Below, one piece after another: positions 9,986 to 22,364 of a stretch of 64,000 nucleotides of DNA. The notes beneath the pieces were generated by a model that saw only the letters and a list, made by a program, of their open reading frames with translations, was not told the DNA's origin and ran no database searches. How positions within the stretch are numbered: position 1 is the first letter of the stretch; each line of letters opens with the position of its first letter. Origin of the DNA: Octopus sinensis (lineage: Eukaryota); the NCBI RefSeq assembly GCF_006345805.1, contig NW_021833911.1, positions 1-64,000 of the forward strand, written 5' to 3'. Both the position numbers and the translations under genes were made by a program.

Positions 9986-12900
9986 CAGCAGTTTTATTTT
10001 TATAGCGCGCTTTCACTTCACTACCGAGCGCAGCTCTGTGTGCCTTAGGTATGTGCTGTGATTTGTTGTGATGCTCTGATGGTTATTGTATGGAAAGTGT
10101 CTGCGTAGGATGTGTGCAGTGCCTAGTAGTGCAATTTTCTGTATGTTATATGTGTTTGTAAGTCCTGGGTTTTTGTTATGTATTTGTCTGAATATTTTTT
10201 TTATCATGCCTAATGCACCTACTATGATAGGAATTGTTTCTGTTTTCAGGTTCCACATTCTAGTTACCTCTATTTCAGGTTTTTGTATTTTGAGAGTTTC
10301 TCCATTTCTTTTAGAGACACGTTGTCATCTGCCGGTATTGATACATCAATTAGAAAGCATTTTTTTCTCATGATCTCTGACAACTATATCTGGTCTGTTG
10401 GCCTTAATTTTCTATCTGTGTGTATCGGCATATCCCAGAGTATGGTTGCTTTCTCGTTTTCTGTGACCTTTTCTGGTGTGTGCCTATACATCTTTTTTCT
10501 GTTGTTATTCCATAATGTTGGCATAGCTTCCAATGTATGTAGGTTCCAACTCTGTCATGTCTGTGAATATATTCCTTCTTAGCCAGGACTGGGCAGCTAG
10601 AGATAATATGATTTATTGTTTCTTGTCCATCTCCACATATTCTGCAGTTACTTGTAATATTTCTTTTCATTACATGTTTTTGGTAATTCTGGTGGGGGGC
10701 TTGTGGTCTTGTGCTGCAATTAAAAATCCCTCTGTTTCTGCTTTGAGTCCTGAGCTTCTCAACCATTGCTGGGATTTTTCTTTGTCTATTTCTTTTGCGT
10801 TTAGTTTAGTGCAGTATTTACCATGAAGGGGCTTTTCATGCCATCGTTTATCAGGGCTCGTTGCTGTTCTATTTTTAGTTTGGATTTCATTTGTTTATAG
10901 CTTTTGTTGTTTCTTCATCATATTCTTCTTCTCTTTGTGTTTATTAGGTGGTATGATTTCTTGTTTGTATTGTCAGCTTCCTTAAATACTGAGAACAGTT
11001 TTTTGTTGGCCTCGTGTTTTGCTGCTATCTGGATCAGTTTTCCTTATTCTGAAGTAGGTATTTTGCAGTCCTATGGTGGTTATTTATAGTAGTTTTCCGA
11101 GCTGTATAAGGCCTCTATCACCTTCTATACTTTGTATATATAGTCTTCTATGTCAGATTTTGGGTGTGATCCTAGATCCCGTCAGTTTTTTCTTTTTTCC
11201 TATCTATTTGACAGTTCATTTCGTGTCCAGTATTAAGGATATTGTAGCTGTAACTTATAACTGGGACAGCTAAAGTGTTGATACATATTATCTTGTTTTT
11301 AGCATTGAGCTCTGTTTTAGTATTGATCTAACTCGTCTATAATATTCTTTTTTTATTTTCTCTTCATTTGTGTGTGTTGTGTCTTATCTAGTTCATGGAT
11401 TCCTAAGTATTTGTAAGTTTGGCTTTGGTCTAATTCTTTATTTCATTGGTTTTATCTAGTGTGATATTGTTACTCTTAACTAGTTTCCTCTTTTCATGGT
11501 TACTTTGGCGCACTTTCTAATCCAAATTTCATATCTATTTCTTTGGTAAATCCATGAACTGTCTTTAATAGTGTTTTTCTAGCTGTTTTGTCATTTGCAG
11601 CGTATAGTTTTAGGTCATCCATATATAAAAGGTGGCTGATCGTTTTGCCGTAACATTTTATCCGCATCCAGTTCTATTTACCATATCAGATAGAGGTGAC
11701 AGTGCCAAGCAAAAAGAGTGGAGAGAGCGTGTCTCCCTGGAATATTCTCTTCTAATGGGGATGTCTTTGGTTTTCATGAGTCCCTCTTTGTTTGGAGGGT
11801 AGGACTGTTTGCCATTTATTCATAGAGTGCTCTATGAATTTTATGATTGTTGGTGCTACTTTGTTAATGGCTAGTGTTTCGAGGATCCATGTGTGGGGGA
11901 TGCTATCAAAGCCTTTTTGTAGTCAATCCAGGCCATACTGAGGCCTTTCGTTTCTTTCTGTGGCCTGTCTTCAGTTACGGCTTTATTAATCATTAGTTGA
12001 TCTTTACAGCCATATGAGCCCTTGCGGCATCCTTTCTGCTCTTCTGGGAACAGTTGTTTTCGTCCAGGTGCTTGTTCAGCCTTTGCGATATCACTGCAGT
12101 AAATGCCTTGACAAGTAGGGAGGCAGGTTATTGGTCTGTAGTTTTCTGTTTTGTTGTTTCATTTGATTTGGGAATTAAGATGGTTTTCCCCTTCGTGAGC
12201 CATTCAGGCATTGTCTCTGGCTCTGCTAGTATGCTGTTAACGTTTTTCAGCCAGCTTTTTGTGCATTCCTGTTAGATTTTTCAACCAGAAGTTGGGGATC
12301 TTGTCATGCCCAGGTGCCTTCAGTTTCTTAGTTTTGCAGTGCTGGTGACCTCTTCAGTTGTTATGGGGGTCCAAAGTTGTTCAGATGCCGAGTTTGTTAT
12401 TTTCATACTCCTTTTTTTTGGCTGTTCGTTCGCCGACCATATTTCTCTCCAGAATTCTTCCAATTCTTCTGCCGTTGGTGCTGCAGTGACTTCTATTTTA
12501 TTTTTGCCCAGTTCTTGTAAACTTTTTTGGGTCGGAGTTGAACTTTTTGTTCTGTTCAAAGAGAGCGTGGCGTTTCTCGTACCGGCGGATCCTTTGAGCT
12601 TGGCAAGGATATCTTGCTTCAGCTTTTTCTTTATCTCCGGCAAATCTTTTTCTGTGATGTTATAATTTGCGGGAATTTTGTTCTTTTTGTTGCTCAGTAG
12701 CGTTGCTTGTTTGCTGATTTCATTAAGAATCGACAGGTCTTTTCTAATTTTTTAATTTTGTTTTGGATGTTTTTATCCACAGGGTTTGTTTGGGTGGTGT
12801 ACTCCTGTTGGGCGGGTTTGGGTGAGTATCCAGCTTCTTTTGTGGCTGCCGTGGCTGCTGCGTATATCAAATCATTTAGTTCAGTGATATCACTTTTTTT

Positions 12901-13937
12901 TGTTTCAGTGGCTAGTTCAGTGACGGCTAGGTTATGTTGTTTATAATTGGTGTTGTTTTGCGTTTATTTTTATTCTTGGAGGTATGGTCGGTGGTGCATT
13001 TTGAGCTCTGTTTTTTTCAGTTCTTTGATTATTTTATTTTTATATTATCATAATCATTAGGCTCCCCTTCGTTGTTTACATCGTGTTTGTTGGGAATGTT
13101 GCGTTTGTCTTCGTGTTTTACAGTTTCAGTGTTATATTATTGGGCATTGTTGTGTGGCTTCTATCTACATTTTCTGGTGTATTTTTTCTTTTAAATGTTC
13201 TATTCTATTTCTGATATTTTTTTGGCTTTGAGAATGATCTTCGTACGTAGCTAATTTATTAGGGTTCATTGCTGTATCCAAGTCTATATCTCTATATTTT
13301 TCCTCCATATTTATATGTATGTGTTGTTGTATTTTCATTTTGGGGTAGAGCATTGCTGTGAAGTATGCGTGTAAGATAGAAATGTATTCCTCACGTGTCC
13401 ATTACGTCTTTTGGGTTTTAATTGCGGGGCATGAGGTACAACGTCCGGCCATTATTTTGACGGTCGTCATTTTTGTAGGGTACCGGTCCGTTTATTTCTG
13501 TTGTCACATTATTTCGCACGTGTGTTTTTCGTACATTTCTTGTTGTAGGTTTAATGTACGTACCGCTCGTTGTTATTCTTGGGTTGAATAGTATCGGTGG
13601 CATTTAATTTCTTCGTAGTTCCTTTGTACATGTGTTTGAGGTCGGGGATGATCGTTGTGTTCCACGCATGTTTACATGTGTTGTGTGTTAGAGGTGGAGA
13701 TAATATCGAGTCAAAATACATCATTTCGTTTCGAAAATAGTAATAAATTTCAATTAGTATTACTTACTCGGATATAGTCCAATTCTTTGCTAGTAAATCT
13801 TTGGCTCCATAGGGTGTCCTTGTTTTCGATGTTTGTGGATAGATTTCGAGCTCTGTATTTTCCTTCTTACATCTTAAACGTCCCCGGTGTCTTCCCTTAA
13901 ACGTCCCCGGTGTCTTCCCTTAAACGACCCCGGTGTC

Positions 13938-13939
<2 letters not shown>
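9986..13939 (-). mobile_element. R4/Dong-clade non-LTR retrotransposon (RT + CCHC + RLE), apparently full length, frameshifted
   Basis: Minus-strand motifs: N-terminal KRRxWTREEY (~13400); RPITCL (~12130); WIDYKKAFDSIPHTWI (~11890-11935); IFQGDTLSPL (~11730); HLLYMDDLKLY (YMDD at 11614-11625); CRICGDGQETINHIISSC (~10600); NRPDIVVRD..KCFLIDVSIP (~10330-10400); QKIALLGTAHILR (~10110). Bounded by (TAA)n on both sides. Confidence 0.92.
13873..13939 (-). repeat. three 23-bp tandem repeats at the 5' end of the R4-like element
   Basis: cttaaacgtccccggtgtcttcc at 13873-13895 and 13896-13918, and a partial variant at 13919-13939. Confidence 0.95.
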
Positions 13940-13972
<33 letters not shown>

Positions 13973-14476
13973 GAGAGCAGCACATAGCATCAAAGTCCAG
14001 TATAGCCATAATGAATATCCGTCTGATAAGGGTACATCAGGCACATGCATCACAACAATATGTGCGTGACATGGTGATCTAATATCAAGATAAACAGCGC
14101 ACCACATGGCAAGTGGGGTTCAGTTAGCCCATTCCGCTCAAAAGAGCCCTGAAGAAGGGTAGTTTAAGGATGTTGAACAAAACACCCATGTTTCCAAAGG
14201 TGAATTATCCAAACTTCTAAGAATTCCTTTCAACACATGGCTATTATGCACCCCGCTACTTCTGTTCGTGATCAGAGATACACATATCGTCATCCACTAA
14301 GGGACATGCTCAACTGGTTACGGTCAAACAACTGACAAGCAAATGTGTGGTATTGAGCAGAATATTTACTGTAGCCCATCTTTTATACCAAGACAAAACA
14401 ATGTACATGATAACACTTCCAATCAGTTAAGATTAGAAGCCACGAGAGCCACCGTCTGGTACTGTATCAGGGTATT
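13973..14476 (-). mobile_element. non-coding ~500-550 bp element flanked by (TAA)n (family D), copy 1
   Basis: Collinear with 15363-15900 and with the reverse complement of 55111-55667; no tRNA A/B boxes seen. Confidence 0.85.
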
Positions 14477-14490
14477 TATTATCATTATTA

Positions 14491-14532
<42 letters not shown>

Positions 14533-14566
14533 TATTATTATTATTATTACTACTACACTACTACTA

Positions 14567-14612
<46 letters not shown>

Positions 14613-14620
14613 TTATTTTA

Positions 14621-15220
14621 ACAGCCATATGAGCCCTTGCGGCATCCTTTCTGCTCTCTGGGAAGAGTTTGTTTTCGTCCAGGTGCTTGTTCAGCCTTTG
14701 CGATATCACTGCAGTAAATGCCTTGAACATAGTAGGGAGGCAGGTTATTGGTCTGTAGTTTTCTGGTTTTGTTGTTTCATTTGATTTGGGAATTAAGATG
14801 GTTTTCCCCTTCGTGAGCCATTCAGGCATTGTCTCTGGCTCTGCTAGTATGCTGTTAAAGTTTTCAGCCAGCTTTTTGTGCATTCCTGTTAGATATTTCA
14901 ACCAGAAGTTGGGGATCTTGTCATGCCCAGGTGCCTATTATTATTATAATAGCTTTATAGCTTTTGTTGTGTTTTCTTCTTCGTTTGTTTCTTCTCCTTC
15001 TTCTTCATATTTGTTAGGTGGTATGATATCTTGTTTGTATTTGTCAGCTTCCTTAAATACTGAGAACAATTTTTTGTTTTGCTCGTGTTTTGCCACTATT
15101 TGTATCAGTTATCCTTGCTTCTGAAGTAGGTATTTTTGCAGTCCTATGGTGGTTTTCCAGCTTTATAAGGCCTCTACTACCTTCTATACGTTGTATATAT
15201 AGCCTTTCTATGTCAGATTT
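14621..15220 (-). mobile_element. two internal fragments of the R4-like element in permuted order
   Basis: 14621-14936 matches 12006-12319 (ILIPKSNETTKPENYRPITCLPTMFKAF); 14953-15220 matches 10894-11161; joined by a short (TAT)n. Confidence 0.9.
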
Positions 15221-15291
15221 TTTTATTATTATTATTATTTTTATTATTATTTTTATTATTATTATTATTACTATTATTATTATTATTATTA

Positions 15292-15323
<32 letters not shown>

Positions 15324-15362
15324 CATCATCATTATCATTATTTTATTATTATTATTATTATT

Positions 15363-15896
15363 GAGTGAGAGAGCAGTGCATGCCATCAAAGTGACACTGG
15401 GGTAAAATATACGAAGCACGGTATACCCATCATGACTACCCGTCTGATAAGGGTACACTAGGCACATGCATCACAACCATATGTGCGCGACATAGTGATC
15501 TCATATCAAAATAAACAGCACATGACCTTGCAGGTGGGGCCCAGTTAGAATTTTCTTCAGGTCGAGTAACCCATCCCACTCGAAAGGTCCCTGAATAAGG
15601 GTTGTTTAAGGATGTTGAACGAAACACCCATGTTTCCAGAGGTGAATTATTCAAACCCCAAAGAATCCCTCTCAACACATGGCTATGATGTTCCCCCACT
15701 ACTTCTGCACGTGATCAGAGATGCACATATCGTCAGCCACTAAGGGACATGCTCAACTGGTTAAAGTCAAACAACTGACAAGCAAATCTGTGGTAGTGAG
15801 CAGAATATTTGCTGTAGCCCATCTTTTATACCAAGACAAAACAATGTACATGATAACACTTCCAATCAGTTAAGATTAGAAGCCATGCATCAGGGC

Positions 15897-15900
<4 letters not shown>
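15363..15900 (-). mobile_element. family D element, copy 2
   Basis: As copy 1; (TAA)n on both sides; small deletion near its 5' end. Confidence 0.85.
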
Positions 15901-15973
<73 letters not shown>

Positions 15974-16000
15974 TACTACTACTACTACTATTATTATTAA

Positions 16001-16031
<31 letters not shown>

Positions 16032-16032
16032 A

Positions 16033-16077
<45 letters not shown>

Positions 16078-16322
16078 CATAATCATTATTATTATTATTA
16101 TTATTATTTGATCTGCGAGCGGGCAGAAACGTTAGCACACTGAGTAAAATGGTCAGCGGCATTTCTTCTGATTTTACGTTCTGAGTCCAATTGCTGCCGA
16201 AGTCGACTTTGGCTTTTCTCCTTCCGAGATTGATGCAATAACTACCAGTTGAGAACTTAGGTGGGTGTCATTGACTTAAACCCTCTCATCAAATTTGAAA
16301 CCTTGTACATGTACGAGAAATG

Positions 16323-16379
<57 letters not shown>

Positions 16380-16407
16380 GTTATTATCATTGTTATTATT
16401 ATTATTA

Positions 16408-16445
<38 letters not shown>

Positions 16446-16463
16446 GTTGTTGTTTTTATTATT

Positions 16464-16498
<35 letters not shown>

Positions 16499-16620
16499 TA
16501 TATTATTATTATTGTTGTTGTTTTTATTATTATTATTATTATTATTATTGTTGTTATTGTTGTTGTTGTTGTTGTTGTTATTATTATTATTATCATTATT
16601 ATTATCATTTATTAATAATA
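15900..16620. repeat. (TAT)n/(TAC)n/(TGT)n microsatellites interrupted by a SINE family B copy (16111-16320, +)
   Basis: Direct reading; 'gcgagcgggcagaaacgttagcacactgag...gtcgactttggcttttc'. Confidence 0.85.
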
Positions 16621-17265
16621 TTTGCGCGAGGGGCATGTGTTTCCCTGTGCTGGATTGTGTGTTTATTTGTATTATCTATGCATTTATTAGCCTTTGAAAA
16701 TACCCATGTAAAACAATGCCATCCTTAAGAAACAAAAAGAACATAAATATACAACAATAACAAACAAAACAACCGAAACATCATCAGCAGCAGCAGCGAT
16801 AGACATCAGCATTAACAGTAATAGTAATAAGAATAACGATAGCTACAACAACAATAGTAACAATAGCATGAACAGATAGGGAGAAAGGCACTTGTTGTAG
16901 CTGTTTGTTTTGTTGTTGTTGATGTAGGCTAATTCGGTGATACGTGAAATTAAAGTGATATGTAATCTTCAATAGAATGTACTTCCAATTAAAGACCGAG
17001 AAGACAACAGTAAGGGGAACAGGGGTGAAGAACAACTTCTGGCCATTCTCGAAGATCAAGATGGCATGCACAGATTAAAGCACATCTCACACATATACAC
17101 ACGCACATACCCACATACACTTCAAGATCCACACCTATAGGTACGTGTATGTATCTTATATATGCATATGTGTAAGTATATACATATATATATATACATG
17201 TATATGCATATATATATCTATATGTACATATATTTATATACATGGCTATATATAACAAATAAAAT

Positions 17266-17316
<51 letters not shown>

Positions 17317-17820
17317 TATATATATAATATATATATATATATATACTATATACTATATTATATACTATAATCAAACTACATATATGTATAGTTTGTGTTA
17401 TGTGTATATATATGTGTGTGTGTGCGTGTATGTATGTGCGTATATATTTACGTGCGTGTGCGTGTATGTGTGTGTGTGCGCGCGTGTGTGCATGCCTCTG
17501 TGTGTGTGTGTGTGTGCGTTTGTGCAGGCATAAAATTCGTTTCGAAGATAATTGAAAAATATGGCAAGGTTTCTTTCTCCTCTACTAAATTGTTACCTCG
17601 TTCATTGAAATTTTGTTATATAGCTTTATATTTTATTATTTATTATATGTTTACATATTTTTTAAACATATTTTATAATTTATATATAGTCTTTTTTATA
17701 TTTAATCTATTTCCGGGACAATTTTATATTTCGTTAGTCAATTTGATGGAAAAGGCCTCTTTCTCAAGCTCTTTATTTTCACATTTACGCCTATTTTTGT
17801 GTGTGTGTGTGTATGTGTTT

Positions 17821-17856
<36 letters not shown>

Positions 17857-17952
17857 ATGAATTTGTTCGTGTGTAAGTGAATAGCTACATATTTGCTGAT
17901 GTCTTTGGAATTGATTAATAATGTTCAGTCCTTTGTCTTTTTGCTACGTATG

Positions 17953-17984
<32 letters not shown>

Positions 17985-18163
17985 AAATGTGTGTGTGTGC
18001 ATTTATGTATGTACGTTGTATGTATGTATGCATGTATGTATGTATATACACAGATATGAATGTATATGTATATGTGTATATTCAAAATCGTATCTGTGGT
18101 TTAAGCTTACTGTGAAGTTACGTCCCTTGGCTAAACTCCAGAGATTTAAACATTTGTGAATGG

Positions 18164-18210
18164 CGATCATACTGATTGTTTTCCTCTTTGCAGTGATTCA
18201 TCAGTGATCA
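18164..18210 (-). ncRNA. decayed type I hammerhead-like motif
   Basis: Minus strand: gatca-CTGATGA-atc actgcaaa gag-GAAA(a)-caatcag-TA-tgatc; perfect 5-bp stem I, one mismatch in stem II, one extra A. Confidence 0.5.
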
Positions 18211-18499
18211 TCTACTTTTACATTCCAAACTGCAGAAGGAATATAGCTTAGATGTACTTATATATGAAATGACATGTAAACAAAATTTTGATTAACAAAC
18301 CTCATTTATCAGAGTTTTGGGACTATCACTGTTGTATCCTTATGTAAATTAAGTTTGTAAATAACCCAGTGCTAATCTTGTCAACAATTTGTGAAACAGA
18401 CGTTAAGTGGAGTTGTTGTTTGTGATGAATAGGCTTATGTATGATGAAGCTTGATCTTCATTCGTAACTGCTGAAAGTCATATGCTTTAACCATGGAAC

Positions 18500-18541
<42 letters not shown>

Positions 18542-18872
18542 GGCGCAGAAGTGGATATTTGGTAAAAGGCTTGCTTCCTAACCACATCGTTCCGGTTTCA
18601 TACTCTGTGCGTGGCACCTGGGCAAAGGTCTTTAACTATAACCACGGGCCGACCAAATCCTTGTGAGTAGATTTGTAGACGGAATATATATGCACACTTA
18701 TGTGTGTGTCTTTGTGTCTGTGTTTTTCCCCACCCCCCTACTGATTGGCAACACGTAGCACTAAGTAGAATAAATGCCAGGTTTAAAGCCAAAATAAGTC
18801 CTGTGTCGATTTGTTCGGCTAAAATCCTTCAAGGCCGCAGTCTAATGACTGAAACAGGTAAAAGATAAAAGA
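18542..18872 (+). mobile_element. SINE family A
   Basis: Collinear with 8785-9180. Confidence 0.85.
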
Positions 18873-19911
18873 TTTATATGCATATATATACATGTATATA
18901 TGTATGCGTGTGTATGTGTGTATTATGAGTGCGTGTGTGCGTGCATGTGTGTCTGTGTGTAGCAATGTAGACGGGTTTGCCGTTTGTACGAAAGAAGTAT
19001 CTGAATCCATTGTTACTAATTCAATTATACGCATCTCATCATCGGTGTCGTTCTAGTAATGGAATAATCCAAACTCATTCATCCCAAATAAGACCTATAA
19101 CATAGAATTAAACAATTCTTGTAAGCTTTCCATAAGGCTTCCTTGTCTTGATTGTTGTTCTTGTTGTGGAGTATCGTAGCAGTTTCTCACTATTTCACAC
19201 GCACTTATATACGCAATCCCGCGCGCACTCACACACGCAGCTACACTCAGACACACATATAAACACACAAAAGCATGAACTCACCATTCGGGCTGGTGAT
19301 CTTGTCGTCTGCTAGAAGATGGTAGGGGTTTTCCCTCCTACTTGTAATATATACCAGGTGCAGATTGCATCGATAACCAACAATCCTGGAGTTAAAAAAC
19401 TTTATTAACGTCGAACAGCCATATTGATGTTGTGATAAACATTACGTTTCAGTATTGTTACTACTTACATCTCTTATAGAGATTATCCAACAAGCTACTT
19501 TCCTTGTTGCGAGATCACTGACTGGATTGTCGCTTATTTTTCTATACATTACGAGCTGGAGCGAATTCCTGCTATCTCTAACTTCCGGGTGTTCACCACA
19601 GACGATGAGCGCAAATAGCCCGAAACCGTTTGGTCTGGTGATCGCGTCGTCTGCTAGAAGATGGTAAGGGTTCCCTCCCCTGCTTGCAATATATACCGGG
19701 TGCAGATTGCATCGAAGACCAGCTGGAGGAGGCACTTGCTGGGGTTGAATATTGTACTAACATAGACCAGCCATTTTCACGTGGCATTAACCATTCTTAG
19801 TACAGTTACTATTTTCATCTTATAGAGAATTTCTAACAAGATACTTAGCTTTTACTCACACACGCGCACACACACGCACACACACACAAACACGCGCGCG
19901 TACACACACAC

Positions 19912-19948
<37 letters not shown>

Positions 19949-19970
19949 TATATCATTCACACGCGGTAGT

Positions 19971-21720
19971 GTCAACATTTACTCATTCACCACTATTTCG
20001 AAGCTTTGTCACTAACTCAGTTTTTTACCAAATGAGATGATGTTTACATTTTTAGAATAATCGCATCATAAGCTACATTTCGAGCTAAGAAATTTGAAAA
20101 TTGGTTCAGTAAAAAAAAAAGAAAGGTTTGAGTCAAATATGTGAGATTACAAACGGGAGAATAACGCCTGAAATCGATTTTGAGTCTAAATACTTTTTAA
20201 GGAAATCTATATTTTATTTTAGCTTATATGACAGATCTCTACGACAGGAATCTATCCATGTTAGTTATATGCAAAAATATTCAGTAGAAAAAAGTACTGA
20301 ACTAAAAACCGGCGAAATAAACGAGATTAACGATTGAAATCGATTCTGACTCCAAATATTATTCTTATTCCAAAAGAAATCTATATTTAAATTAAACTTT
20401 TCTGATAGATCTGAACTAGAGAAATCTGATGATACAAATTATATCAAAATAAGTTTTAATATAAAAAAAAAAACTACTGGGATCAACTGTTCCGAAAAAA
20501 GTGAATTCAAAACCTTTTTTTTTTTATCATATGATAGAACGCATCAGGACTAGTGTCGTGGTCAGTGGCGGCTTGTGTATAGGAACTGCGGAACTGCAGC
20601 ACTCGATATTATCGATAACATTCAATATGAGTCCATTTTTCTTTAATTCTTTCTTTATACTTGTACATTATATAATCCTTAAGCTTAATGTCAGTAGGAA
20701 AAAATACAAAAGTTCTTGTATAGAACTGTGCGCGTCACAGTTCCAGCGACGCGGTGTTTGGTTTTTGTGCGCATGCCCACATGTCCGAATAGGAAGCTTC
20801 ACACTAGGGAGAAAGAGCACTGCGTGAACGACAGTGCCGGGTGAAAGGTAGAGTTTCTTTTTCACCCCGTGTATGTTGTGCTTGAAAACATGTTTATATT
20901 CTTGAATGTGATAAAGGTTAGAATTAGACTGTTATTCTGCTTCCAGCTTCAGTGTTACTGCCAGGATTTGAAAAATAGGGCACATTTATTTTGTGATTTA
21001 GGGTTTTTTCTAAAAAGAAACAAGGGGGAATTCGCGGCGGTGTTCAGCGAACAAATTAAAGACACTACCCGGCAGTGGCTAAAACGTGAACCGATCAAGT
21101 TTATCTATAAATTTTCTTTTTATATCTTTGTTTCCTTTTACGCAATATCAAAACAACGGCTAAAACTTTTCTGAAGCAGCGCTCCCACTACGTGCTGTCA
21201 CTGGGTGTGATGCTAATCTTTTCAAAAGCATCATTCAAACAGGGTAGTGTGTGAATAATATTCTAATAGTCAACATTTACTCACTCGCCACCATTTCTAG
21301 GCTTTGTCACTAACTCAGTTTTTAACCAAAATAGATGATGTTTACATTTTTAGATTAGTCACATAATAAGCTACATTCCGAGCTAAAATGTTTGAAAATT
21401 GGTTCAGTTAAAACAAAAAAAGTTTCAGTAAAATATGTGAGGTCACAAACGGAGGATAACGCCTGAAATCGATTTTGAGTCCATTTTTAAAAAAATAAAT
21501 CTATATTTAATTTCAGTTTATATGATATATCGCGACGACAGAAATTCTATGGTGCTAATTATATATAAAATTTTTTTTTTTAAATACTGGGGCCAAATGC
21601 GCCGAAAATGGTGGTAATACCTAAACATTTTATTTTTTCTGTAAGACTTTTGTTTTGTTTAGCTCATAGGATAGAGTGTCGTGGTGCTAATCTTTTCAAA
21701 ATTATATTCAAAATTAAGAA
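19971..21720 (+). repeat. diverged tandem duplication of an AT-rich unit (copy 1 ~19971-21240, copy 2 ~21268-21720)
   Basis: Shared blocks 'gtcaacatttactca..ctttgtcactaactcagtttt..gatgatgtttacatttttaga..ataacgcctgaaatcgattttgagtc'. Confidence 0.8.
20563..21203. mobile_element. non-autonomous hAT-like (Tip100-type termini) DNA transposon, 641 bp
   Basis: Imperfect TIRs CAGTGGCGGC / GCTGTCACTG; decayed 8-bp TSD gtcgtggt / ggtgtgat; empty site 'agtgtcgtggtgctaatc' in the paralogous unit at 21675-21692. Confidence 0.7.
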
Positions 21721-21784
21721 AGTTAGAATATAAGCTAAATATGCCAAAAGTACACAAAGCCAATATTATTACTTATTACTGTAC

Positions 21785-21910
21785 TAAGACGACGAGCTGG
21801 CAAAGTCGTTAACATGCAAGGTGAAAGTATTCCGTCAGTCTCTACATTCTGAGTTCAAATTCCCCTAAAGACGTCTTTTCTTTTTATCTTTTCGATACAC
21901 GATAAAATAT
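21785..21910 (+). mobile_element. SINE family B, old 5' part
   Basis: 'gacgacgagctggcaaagtcgttaacatgc...ttctgagttcaaattcc'. Confidence 0.7.
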
Positions 21911-22364
21911 ATACTTACATACGTACATACAATAGTAATTACATTAGTAAATATCATACGGCACTCAAAGCCTATCACCACTAATTATAAACATCTCCCG
22001 CCTTCTTTTCTTTTCAGTTAAACCTTGTCGACATCGTTGTTTCTACATTCACTGCCGCGATCTTGCAGGTTTTTAATGTCAATTGAGGGGATTTCTTCAA
22101 TAGACAAGTCAAATATTCCAAACAAATGTTGTCAGTACGAGTTCCAAACGTATATAGCCGTGTAATGTCTTGTAAGTCTTGTGCAAAATACTTAGTCCCT
22201 CTGTCTCTCTTTACAGAAATTTTATACAATGCATTCATTAATATCCTGTTATTTGTAGCATTCGTAGTGCATGTATACATTCATGTTTCTACTTATATGT
22301 TCATGTATATCTGTTTGCACGTACGTACACACGTTTGTTTGTTTGCAGAGAAATCGGTCGGTTG

